Below, in pieces: positions 42,501-55,800 of a stretch of 64,000 nucleotides of DNA; position 1 is the stretch's first letter, and each line of letters opens with the position of its first letter. A program made the translations under genes and the position numbers. The stretch covers positions 21,268,001 to 21,332,000 of the forward strand of contig CM119371.1 of the NCBI GenBank assembly GCA_051294905.1, given 5' to 3'. Origin of the DNA: Botryllus schlosseri. Taxonomy: Eukaryota. A model generated the notes under the pieces. It ran no database searches. It was not told the origin of the DNA and worked only from the letters and a program-made list of their open reading frames with translations.

Positions 42501-45500
42501 AAATATCAGATTTTGTATCGGTCAAAATGTGAAAAGCTATAACCTCTGTCATTGGTAAACATCCGTCAGATAATCCCCCTTTTGCAACAAATTATCGAGA
42601 CGACAGATTTCGCGTCATCGGATGTGGCTGCTCACACTTTCATCTGTGTGCCTCGGAGTCGACCTTCATCAAAATACATCAGCCCAAGCTTTCTCTACAG
42701 AAGGAGTCCTTAAAATAGGGCATTGAACGTTCTCTAATTTGAGATTTCATTCCATGCTGGTGACGTCATACTACTAGTTGGGGACGATTACCCCTGACGA
42801 GTTCGAGCCAAAAATCCTTGGTTTAATTTCAATATGAATATACTATTCAATTGTATATTTAAATGTGCTATGTCGGAATCACTTTCAAATAATCAAATCG
42901 GTTTGGCACCACCTCAGAATATACTGTCGATGTTCAACAAGTTTACATTCCGTTCCGTAAAGAATCCTTCTAATCCAGCTATAAAATCATCCGATACATT
43001 TTAGCGCGATTCCTGACTAGTGATTGGTTCGGATTTAAAGCGTAACTCAATTGGTAAAGATAAAACCGAAAATTTCCTAAAACCATTCCTAAATTATGGT
43101 TCATTACAAGCATATCACCTGTTCAAGGATGGACCAGATATCATATAGCATATAGCATCAGTTTTTGGTAAAATTCCCAGGGGATTTATTCTAACTAACA
43201 CAACGAAACTGTGGCAAAGATGAGAAACAAGTAACTTACGCCTTTAATTTTGCGCAATATTTATTTATAGGAAATGGCAATTATCAGGGACGAAATGGAG
43301 GATGCACAAGACGATTTTATCGACGAAATCGAGGTTCGTAATCAATGGTAATGGGCAGTCATGCATATAGGTAAAATATATTATATGGAATGTTCTCCGA
43401 GCGCAGATTTGTGTCAGACAACTAACGCTGTAATAGCGGTTCCCTAATTGGTCGCCACGAGAAAGACAAATAAAAGTGATTTGTGTTTCATGGTTCTCCT
43501 GTTCTTAGAGATTAATCGAGATTATCCTATTCTACTGATGATTCCACCTCGCATTTCTGTGAAGTGGTAATTCATTAGGGTTACCATTATGTCCTCCTTC
43601 ATGAGGATTTGACCTCCGTTTTCAGGAAATCGAAAATGTCCTACGTGAACGCCTAAATGTCCTCCTTCTTTTGGAATTCATATTTCTTTATAGCTCTGAA
43701 AGCCAGAATAATGAACTGTCATAACCAAATACCGCAACAAACAACGTGAAATCTACAATCCGGTTGTCGGACTGTAATATCGGTAGCAAGTATAGAAACC
43801 CTTTTTCCACTCTGCTCCAGTATAAACTTCGCAATACTCACATGCCGAATACGTTATCCGGCCTGGCCTGGACCATCATGGCGATAACTTATATTCCCTT
43901 GCAAGTCATAGTCGAAATGTTTGGCAAATTAAGAGAATTAAGATATTGATTTTATGGGATTATTGGTTTGCCCCATCTGTCGACTTTTGACTTTTGTAGT
44001 TCAGCATTGTGACATTATCTGGCCCGAGTAGTCGCTAGGTATCGTGTACGGTAATATAGGCTGTAACTTCACTAAAATTTAGGGTTGGAATTAGCAATAT
44101 GACCTCACGGGACGTCACGAGGTGCACGTTCGCGTTCACACATAACCTTTCAAAAAGGCTCGCGTTAACACGAACCTGAACCTTTCACAGGTTCACACCA
44201 TACCTAATAACCATATAATAATGTACTTGTACACGATGCCTAGCGGTGACTCAGGCCACATTATGTTGATCAACAAGTTGCCTTTTTAATCGTCCTCAAC
44301 AATATCCCCTCTGATTTTTTTACGTGTCCCAAAAAACTCACCATTACACTGCGCAGTAACATGATTATGAGTGCGGAACATGTAGGGTGGCCAGGGATGG
44401 AGTTCCGAATTACCAGCATATTGCGGTAATGTGTGGTGTTGACTAAAAATATGTCATCACTTTGACTCGACTCCCGATTTACTCGATTTTCGCTGCAACG
44501 GAAACGCGTTTCTATTGCATTTTGATGTTGTTGCTTCGTCTGATTGCAAATTAGTGATGAGCATTTGAAATGGTCCTCAATTTGGTCGGATGATCATCAG
44601 TGCCTTCTTCGCGGATCCCATTGGTCTGTGCGCGCAGACTTTGTCAACAATTTAACGGTCTAGGCGAGTGGACCGGACAACGTTATTGGCGTCTGACTAT
44701 TGATCTATGGATAATGATCAGAATGTATAACGTATTTTTATACTAACCACTGATATTAGTCGATAAAAAAATTATACAGCAGTCATCAGAACAATCGCAC
44801 GGATTTGGTTTTTATTAGGGATGGTGTGAACCTCTGAAAGGTTCAGGTTCGTGTGAACTCGAACCTTTTTGAAAGGTTCTGTGTGAACACGAACGTGAAC
44901 CTTATGACGTCACGTGACGTCATATTGCTAATTTTAATCCTATCTTTCAATGAAGTGATAGCCTATATTATTGTGACGCAGTGTGTACTGTACACTGTAC
45001 ACGATATACCTAGCGACGACTCGGGTCACAGAATGCCACAATGCTGAAGTACATATTGGCGTTAACGTATCTAAATGTATCAACTGAGGCAATCAAAGAA
45101 TATAATAATCCGATAAAATCAATATCTTCCGTCGCTTAGCCAACAATTTCGACGAGGACTTACCAGGAAATATAAGCTTACGCCTTAACGGTCTAGGCAA
45201 GACCGGACAATGTATTCAGCGTCTGAGTATTGCTACATTGATATTGAGCAGTGTGTAAAACGCGTTTCTACACTTGCTGCCGATATTACCCCATTAACAA
45301 GTTATACAGCAGTAACCAACACCTCAATCGCACGGATTTGGTTGTAATGATAAAGTAAAAATATGAAGTCAAGATTGACCCCGTACGCCCGCTAGAAAAC
45401 GATATCAATCTCATTGATTTGGTTGAATAAGCATCATTCGCTGACTACACATTTCGCTCGTGATGTTGTGTGATTGCGGGTCAAGCCAGGGATATCTAGA

Positions 45501-48500
45501 TATCTAGATATCCCTGGTCAAGCTCACAGCAGAGAGTCACTGAATATTCACAAACGGAAAGCTGGATATTTCGAGGAAACTTTTGTAACAGAGCAATAAA
45601 ACTTTTGAGATTGTCAAGGTGCATGCTTGTTTAGTGTTGATTTTTTATACTGTCAGCGCCATGCATAGAGTGGCTCGCAGTTGAAATGCAATAAATCTGA
45701 ACGAAAGATGTTATAATGAAGTGAAAATTGTAATATATGACAAAGGTTCACAGTGCAGAACCTAGTAAGGTTCTGTTGTGAACGCGAACCTCCAAATTTC
45801 CGAGGTTCACACACAGAACGCGAACGTGAACCTCACGTTCACACCATCCCTAGTTTTTATGATACAATACACATATCAAATCAAGATGGATCCCGTACTC
45901 TTGCTTGATTTTTCACATAAGACAGCGATGTATTCCTTGTATCAATTTCATCAGCTGGTTGAATAAGCATCATTCGCTGACTACCTACTTTTAGTGTACT
46001 CCGTTCTTGACGTTGTTTGATTGCCGTTCAATCTCACAGCAGAGAGTCACTAAATATTCACAAACAAAAAGCTGAATATTTCGAGCATATTTTTGTAGCG
46101 AATCAAGTAATTTTTTTGATATTGAGAAGGTGAATGTTTGTTTAGTACTGATATTTTCATGTTGCCAGTGCCATGCCTTGACTGATCCGAAGATGAAATG
46201 TGAGGAATTTCAATCAAAGATGTTACAAATTGTGATATATGAAAAAAAAAGTCTACAGGGCAGAGCCTACCAAATTTCGTTTGTGTACGCGAACCTCTAA
46301 ATATATGAGGCTCATTCAATGAAGGCAAGCATTCGATTTGTATTGCTGGAATTTTGGTGCTATCAGTTCTATGTGTTGTACACCAGAGCGAAAAGTTTGA
46401 TCGGAACAAGTTTAGGCCTCATAATTATTACGTTAGACAGGAGTGCAAATTCTCCAATAGTTGTACGGTGTTCTGAGAGAAATGTAATAGAGTCCGGGTT
46501 TCAGCACCCATTATAATTAAGATACAAATGTATATAATAGGAAACCCTTGGTTACTCCGAAGAGATGATGCGAAGATTGTACTCGGATCTATCGATAAAA
46601 ACGATTAAAAACTTCAAGGATCGTACAGAGTCGGCACTGAGTCTTGAATTGAGTCGCAATCGGCTGGCGAAAAGCATGGAGGAACTGCGAGAAAGTCTGG
46701 ATGTAGTTGCTAAGAATAAAATTTACGAATGGATGAGGGAACAGGTTGTAAATTATATTCAATTTACTGCTAAATCTCTTATTTTTGTGATTCCTAAAAT
46801 ATATTGATCGAAAGATGTGTGAGAGGTAGGGCTGTTCAAAAATAACTTTTTTTTCTGGATTTCAGCCATTCAGTCATTAAATTGTCAGGTTACCCTAATA
46901 AACGCTTCACACCAAATTTGGTTCTATTCTAACAAGTATAGGGCTCCGCAGAGCCAATTAAAATTTTTAATTTAAATAGGAAAATTAAAAAAAGATAAAT
47001 TTCAAACTATAAATATAATCCGACAAATATCAACGAAAAACTCCAATAACTCCGCTTCTACTAGTTGGAATTGAGCCAAATTTGTTCTGCATCGTCTCTG
47101 AAGACAGCTCAACATTTTCATGGGGTTATAATCAGTATATACATTTTGAGCGAGGTTCGAGTTTTCGTTAATTTGTAGATATGGAACTAAGCAGTCCATG
47201 GATGGCTAACCTTTGGCCGTGAAAGAAAAAAAAATAGCGGCCGTCGACACGTTTGTTTTAAGGTCATTTGCGCAACGCAGAGAAATATCAGTAATTATCA
47301 GTGTTTTTTACGTCAGTTACATCTGTGTAAGATTACGGACGGCTTCCGCGTTCTCGCGCTTCCTCCCTCAGTCTCTCCCATTTTCATGCGCCTGTAGCTT
47401 GATGTTTCCTGCCGACTTTATGGATTCGACTCACCATCACATTTTCAAGCACTGCTATGGCCGTGACGTCATCGATTAGGAGCCCGGCAGTGAAACCTCC
47501 GACACATAGAAACTTAGCAGAGTCGAGACTCCAACTAACAACCATTGCTGTCGTTACGATGTCGCTCAGCGCAATGAACCACTTGCTTCCGTCGACGTGT
47601 AATGCAATTATAGTATGTGATGGCGGCCGTCAACGTAAGAATTGAATTTACGAATTGACTCTCGAATTTTTGAGAGATTTTAAATAATCACCACGTCATT
47701 CAATGCTACCTTTTTCTATTTTAAATTAGTAGTGAAATTTGCAATCTGAGTATCATGAATTAACAGCATGTAACAATGTAATTAATATCAATTAGCCCAC
47801 CCGAAGATACATCATCATTATGACTGCATCTGATCACAGCACGCATCAAGTATAAATATGTGATAGTATGGGGAGCTACAGATACTAATGACGCAGGTCA
47901 TTCACGAATTCGATAAAATTTTTGCTAATCGCGCGACTATACAAATCCTAGTATGTATTCATAACAATTCAATGCGTGAAGTAAACCGATGTGAATTATT
48001 AGATGATTCCGCAGTTCATCGAAAAAAGATATGAAAAGTTAACATGAATATTTGGCACCCAGGGTACTATTTACCACTTTGCAGTGATCTGGCTGCCATA
48101 TTATCTAACAAAATCGTCGGCCACCCCTGCAGTAGGGCTGTTCAAAATTAACTTTTTTTTTCTGATTCAAGCCATTCACTGATTAAATTGTCAGGTTACC
48201 CTAAAAAACGCTGCACACCAAATTTGGTTCGATTCTAACAAGTATAGGACTCCGCAGATCCAATTAAAATTTTTAATTTATTATGTAAAATTTTAAAAAA
48301 AAATTTCCAAATTTTTCTGCCAACCCCATGAAATTGTTGAGCTGTCTTCAAAGACGTTGCAAAACAAATTTGAGTCAATTCCGACCAGTAGAAGCGGAAT
48401 TATGTGTGTTTTTCATTTATAAATCACGGATTATCCACCGATCAAGAATAATCCGAGGATTTTCATCGGAATTGACTCAAATTTGTTTTACTACGTCTTT

Positions 48501-51500
48501 GACGACAGCTCAACAATTTCATGGGGTTAGCAGAAAAATTTGGAAATTTTTTTTTTCAATTTTTCATGATAAATTAAAAATTTTAATTGGATCTGCGGAG
48601 AACCTTTACTGGTTGGAATCGAGTGAAATTTGGTGAGCAAGGTTTTCCACTGCAACCTGACGATTTAAGAGGTGACCGGCTTGAATCGAAAAAAAAAGTT
48701 ATTTTTGAACAGCCCTACCCAGCAGTCAATATGATTGTATGCCCAACGTTTCATGAACTTTGAATTAAGCTGTATGCAGGTACTTTGCCTTATCTATATA
48801 ATTTCAACATGCAAAAGGATATGCGGAGACGAATGATTGAAGGGAACTTGGAGAAACGGAATTACCGCCGCTTGAGGAACCAATGGCTCGAATTGATGAA
48901 TGAAAAAGCAAATACCAAAGAGCAGGTATAGACTGTTGCTATTCCGCGTGAGAAGGAATTCATTTTAGATTTGTACATTCGTTTACAGCAGTGGTTCTTA
49001 ACCTTGCCTCCAGCGCCCCCTAAGGGGCGCTGGCGATTTTGAAGGGGGCGCAAACGCTCAGGGGGCGATATGGGGGTGCTGGGCTCAGGGGGCGGTATGG
49101 GGGGGCGCTGGAGAAAAACGGCTTCGCAGTAGATGATGTGGTGGTAGGACATATCCTTAATGAGTATTCAGAGCAAATTAACACCGAAAACTTCGTTATA
49201 TATAGCCTACAAAAGACATATAGGTTTAATTGTCCATGGGCGCCTAAATGACTGGCACCGAATGTTCCTGTCTTGGCAATATGAACCCTAGAAGACGAAT
49301 TCCATCTGGCAGGGAAAAATTATATGCCAGTGAAGAAATACCAATTTGAAATCGGGTACGTCTTTTAGTTTAGTGCGATTGGGCGACAGGGATATCTAAA
49401 CCTAGATAATCCTGTTGGACGATATCCCTGTTGGGCGATTCTATATTTTGTGATATAGCAGACAGGAGGGCACGAAATAACATCATGCAACGAAGTCATA
49501 CCAACGGGTTCGCCCGCCCGAATATATTTAATTATTATTTACGGGCCCTACAGTTTCCAAGACACCTCACAATGTTCAATATAAGTTTTGATGAGTCTGC
49601 GCACACTCAACAACTCACTGCGCTGACCCTTGGACAACAGTGCGTAACGACTAATAAAGGTCATAACTTCGGATTTGTTGTGCGCAACGTAGATTTTCCG
49701 TGCGCATAGACCGTGTCAGCACTGCGCACGTGCGCAGCTTAGAGGGAACATTGCACTTCACTCAGCTCTACCGGTAAATCTGGTAGCGTGAGCAGAGAGG
49801 ACAAGAAATTGATAGCAATATATATGCAATTCCCGATCTTACTGACCGATTTTATCATGAATTATCGAACGTCTTCGCGCTTCGCAATGGCTCGCTAAAC
49901 AGTACAGCTGATTCCGTGGCAAAAGCGAGCAACGTGATGGGGGTGGGGGGGGGGCGGTCGGTTTATCACCATATGGGAGCCCAAGACCAAAGTTTTTTCG
50001 GGGGGCCTGACGAAGTGCCGTTTCGTTCCTGCCAACGGGTATACGCCCGAAGATGTATAATTATTATTGAGGGGTCCTAGCTTTTCACTCACACATCACT
50101 CAGCTCTACCTGTAAATCTGTTTACGTGAGCAGAGAGAGGATAAAAAATGATCTCAATATACATGCAATTCCCGATCATATTGACCAATTTGGTCATTAA
50201 TTAGTGAAATTTTCGCGCTTCGCGTTTCTAGGCGAGAACAGCTGCCTCAGTAAATGGGCACCCAATGGTGATGACTAGTATCAGCAAATAGCGGATAGCC
50301 GAAAGGGGGTCTGGGGGCGAAGCCCCCCGGGGCCCAAGACCAACTTTTTTGTTGGGGGGGGGCTGAAGAAGTGCTGTTACGGCCCTGGTAACGAATTAAG
50401 GGTACCTACGGGCACGGACGAATATGTTTAGTTATTAATTACGTGCCATTTATTTTCCCATTCAACAGCTCACACAGCGCTACTGGTAAATCTGATTACG
50501 TGGGCTCAGAGGATAAAAAGTTTATAGCGACACATATATATAATTACCACCTATTCATTCATGCATTATAGAAAATTTTGGTACCTAGGGCGACCAGGTC
50601 ACACAAACTTTGCTGACCATCGAAATCACGCTACGGGGTTCTTGTGGGCGAAGCCCTTAGAAGTTTGGATTATCACGCTATGGGTGCGCAAGGCAATCGT
50701 TTTGAGGGGGGTTGACGAAGTGCTGTTACGGCCCTCCCTCTTACTCATTGTCTTTGTTACATTACCTACAATATGAGGTTGGGGGGCGCTGGAGCACGAT
50801 AATTTTCGAAATGGGGCGCTGGAGGAAAAAAGGTTAAGAACCACTGGTTTACAGCGACTAAATTTGCTTTCAACATTACTGAAGCAGTTGGTATTTATCA
50901 TTTAGATTTCTTTGGAATTACCATGAGAAATTTCGAGGTTAAAATATCGATAAGAGTTTACTATGATCAGGATTGTTGTGCGTTTAGCAGAAATCTTCTC
51001 TCATTCGGTTGAATGTCTTTGATGTGTGATAGTTGTCGGATTCCAATACCATGGGCGCTCCTATTCTACATTTATGATGGATGAAACAATTTACTCTTAG
51101 CGTTAATTTGATTTAGGTGGTGTCGAATCATGTTCTTATAGACGCAGTACGATTATACAAAGAACTGACCGACGCGTGGCGTCGTCACTCATAAGATTTA
51201 TTGGCCATAATGCATATTTAAATGAAGGCAGTATCGTCCAGAATAACTTCACAACTGCAAAAAATGCATAATTAAAAATTGTCTTGAATGAAAAGGAACG
51301 ATTTTTACATTTTTAAAAGCATCCTAAAATGTACAATAAATATGCATGATTGTAAAACCCACATTTGCCAAATTCAGTGGGACCGTATGAAATATGAGGC
51401 ATCTACATCGTAGGTGTGGTTGCATTTAAAACAAACGGTGTTTTAAAACACTTCATTTGAAAATGTTTTAAACAGTGTTTCAAAAAAGGCCTTAAAAATT

Positions 51501-52857
51501 TTTTTGAGTCGTAAAATAATGTCATAATTGTGAAAACATGTTGTATGAGCCTACGAACGATTACCACCCGATATAGTCGACGTATATCGATATGGGATGG
51601 TTGAAACCCTTAAAGTAGTCGGTTCAACAGCAATAGTACAGATATTCCGTCGAAAGAACGATTTTTACCCTATATTTTCAGTTTTCAATGTCGATCCACT
51701 ATGACTTCACGATTAAATATTCGTGACGTCATGACTTTTCAAAAACCTAAAAAACAATATAAAAACATGTTTTAAATTAGGGCCTTGTTTTAAACATGTC
51801 TGTTTTAAATACAACCCTAATCGTAGGTTACCCTTGATCTTACTAAATTACTAATAATAAATTAGGTTGTTTTGCCACGATCCACTGGTTTTAGAATTGT
51901 CTACTTCAAGACGCGTAGCACTAGTTTTTTTTTTGCACAGGAAAAATGTCATCGAAAATTGGTGTCAACTTGTACTAATGCTAATCGCAGTGTTCTTTTG
52001 GTCAGAATTTCCAGAACAGGGGTTGGCGTACTACGGCCCGTGACATCACTTTGTGCGTCCCGCGAAGGCATCTAGAAATGTAACAAAAATGTTGAGATAT
52101 ATTTTGTTGTTGGCGCAATACTGTCCTCGAGGCCAACGTATTTTGAAACGTATCGGTTACTTGATACCCAAGAATATCGAAAAGGAAATGACTTAGATCG
52201 GATCTCAATTGTGATTTTTAATAAGAACTTAGACTTTCAGTGCTCTACATGAAGAAAAGGTTATTGATTGTATATTTGAGACTCGTTCCCTGTGCGCAGT
52301 TTGGTGTAATTCATTCATTACTTCGGTCTCAACTAATTCATAATGAAATTTCCAAATGACTAATAAGAGCGAAAAGTTTTGAGTACGTGAAAAGTACATG
52401 AAGAGGCAAGTTTGACACAGTACGCCTGTCACTGAAAGGTATTAAAAGGTGATATGCTGCTTATGACGCTGTCAGCATTGTGCATATTGAAGTTGACCAA
52501 ACGCTGAATCTGCATATATCCATAAGCTGATCGCTGCTCTGATAGTCAAATGTCCATCCTTAATAATCGGCACAACCTACTTTCATCCATAATTTTGACT
52601 AATTGATTTATGATAACCAGCTTATAAAATATCGCTAATGTTTCTAACGCATGTCCTATTATCAAATCCATGTTCAATTTTGTTTTTGTTTGTCTATAGC
52701 AGTGCTCTTCAACCCTTTTCGTCATGGTACACCGTTTTATCGTTTGCTCGAAACTCGTACACCCGTGACCACATAACACACTGATTCCTCATAGTAAGTG
52801 TACTCTAGGGGTGTTCAACCTTTATGCTATTCATACAGTTCGTCGGTTACATATATA

Positions 52858-52891
<34 letters not shown>

Positions 52892-55800
52892 CATAGGGCA
52901 GAGGTCTCCAAGTCAAATGTTCGTGCGGGCCAATTTCCTAGTTTTGAATACTCCGCGGGCCGCAGCATCAATAATAGTGATATTCAATGTATAATTCCCA
53001 AGTAGGCCTTATTTGACGGGACCTTGCAAACAGGCATTCCACAAACATCGTGGGAATATAATTCACTATTGTACTATTCACACTTGACACGGAAAAATCA
53101 CAACTTCAAATATTTGAAGAAAATTGTTATGTATCGGGTATAACTTTTACAATTAATGAGTTATAGACATCATGCGAGAGGATACATCATGACATCGTAA
53201 AACTTGCTGGTTGTAATATTGCAGCTAAGGGACCTTTGACGTGCCACAATTTTATGTAGAATATTTGTAAATCTACTGAAGATTGATCTGATATCAATCA
53301 GAGCATTTGGGCAGTGTAGCCTAATTCTGGTTTTTATATGGTCATGATAAGAATCGGCCATTGTTAAAGTCATTGCCAAAGTCAAAATAAATCAGCGTTA
53401 GATTTTGCATTCGATTATTATTGGAACATGTCAATAACAACTTAAATATAATCATTATTGAGCCATGGTGGCTTTTAAAAGTGATGTGATAGTGACGTAC
53501 TTTGAAGTTTCAGTGATTTTTATTGTAGTTTTAGGGTGAACGTTGAGTTCTTATATCTAAAAAAAGACATATGGCACTTGAATATATTGTTGAATACTCG
53601 AAATTCCAAAATGCCGTCGCGGGCCGCATGCGGCCCGCGGGATGCGTGTTTGAGACCTCTGGCATAGGGCTACATGCCGGTGGAGAGTGTCACATACTCC
53701 CGTTAAATTGGCTATTGGGAACTTCGCAGGAAAAGGTAACTGGAGTCCTTTTCCAGTCGCGCAAGGCGCGAGTAAAAATTTCAACTAGAAAATTAATTTA
53801 TTCGATAATATTGGTTGTTTCATCTATCACTGTCAAATATTTACCCATTCTCAGTCGACGTGATTAGATTAACTGGTATATGATGATGATGCGTCATCTG
53901 GTTTTTATCAATCCCTTTGTTGCATGTTGTTATTTTTGACCTCTCACCGGGATTGTGGGCATAGCGGAAATATATATTGGAATCGCCTAAACGTACCAGA
54001 CAAACTTCATTCGTCAGACGCACACGATTCTGACATGAAATTTATTTATCGGAAGCGTATTTTCCTCTGCGGTTCGCATTTGTACGGTGAAGCTCTGATC
54101 ACACTACTACAATAAAAACGAAAAATCCAAGTCTCTACCGCGGGTCCGCTACTCATTTTCAGGGGACTGCAAAATCGCCAAATTTGCAAAATGGTTCAGA
54201 ACCTAATTTGTATTTTTTTTAATTAGAGAAATCGAAAGCCAGTATTTCTTCATAACTGCTAAAATTTCAAGACTCACATAAACATAATGTCCGTCTAACT
54301 AATATGAAGTATTTTACTGCTCGCACTAAATTTTATTTTCAAATTCCTAATAGATTATCGATACAAACATATTTCGGTTTAAAGACGTTTTGTAGCGGCG
54401 CTGGATTATATTTGTTAGAAAAACAAATTATTTGGAGATATGCATAACCGCTATTCCAGAGTAATTCAAGATGGGCAGGCAGATAGAAAAGACAAGACTG
54501 GACGTTAAATGTTCCTTGAAATTATGTTTTTCAATTTGGTGCCATATTTGTTGCGATCATATCCAAAGTTGGAGGGAGCGTTACCCGTTATTATCACACT
54601 CACCACCAACAATCTTCGAGGAAATGTATTTCCGAACTATCAAATTTCAGTTGGATATTTTCAAGACACGTGCGCGCTTTCAAGAAATGCAGCTACATGA
54701 TTCATTTTGAACTAATGAAAGTCTTCCCAATTTCTATAAATAGTATAACGTTTATGGTTGAGGTCACGGTTATAAAGTCATATGCTCAAGTGCCGCATTA
54801 TGTTGAATCGCATTCTCAATAGTCGACAATGACATATTCTATATCACGGCTCTTCAATCGGGTGTTTCGTACACCAGGGGGTGTATCAGACCCGCATTAA
54901 AATGGTACAATGACTAGCTATCACAATAAATAGGCACGTTTATGCCTCAGAACACGATGACCGGGTGTGCAATAGTACAATGTTCATATCAGCTCTACGC
55001 AGCGTGTAAATTACAGTCCTTTTGTGATCTCAGAAGCAAATGCTTCTACAATCCTGATGGGACTTCAAAAATAACAACATGCAACAAAGTGTCTAATAAA
55101 CCTTTAATATGCATATCATTAATTTATACTGCGAATTTTCAAAGACACCACCTCCGTCTGCTCTATCAGTTAATCCGACCACATGGGCTAAGATATGGAT
55201 AAATATTTGACAGTATTATATGAAACAACCAATGGTATAAACGAAATTATTTTTCCAGGTAGAAAAGGAGTCCAGATAAGATTTCCTAGCATTTATACTC
55301 ACAATTTTGGTGCATAGATATAGTAAGTTTCCGGACATTCAAAAACTTTTTTTGCGCAACGTATATCTCAAGGAATCAGTGATGTCAAAGAACCCCATAA
55401 GGGCTATCCGCGGTGTCAAGTTTCCAATAGCCAATCTATCGTGAGTATATGACTTCGAGATGCGCCTTGGCGATTCTACGCCCGAATGCGGTTGTATGTA
55501 TGCTATATTTGCAATCGAAATACGGCCATGAATAGCGAAAAGGTTAGACACCCCTTTCTTAGGCTTACCACGGAATAAGCGTGTTATGCGGTCATGAGTG
55601 TGAGAGTTTCGAGTAAACGTTAAAAGGGTGTACCACGACGACAAAGATTGAAGATCACTGGCTACATGATGCCCACAGCAGATTTCACTTGTAGTAAATA
55701 ATTGATTGCCACTTTACATTTTCTATTTCATGTAATATGCTTATAATAAAACTCTGTGTGTTAAGACGAAATGGAATCCGGTGGGAAGACACAAGGAGTG

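Larger units (their letters stand above)
52806..55555. mobile_element. Older hAT-like element hosting the 52899 insertion; boundaries approximate
   Basis: GGGGTGTTCAACCTTTATGCTATTCAT versus ATGAATAGCGAAAAGGTTAGACACCCC; internal inverted similarity 53810-53945 vs 55065-55230. Confidence 0.6.
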
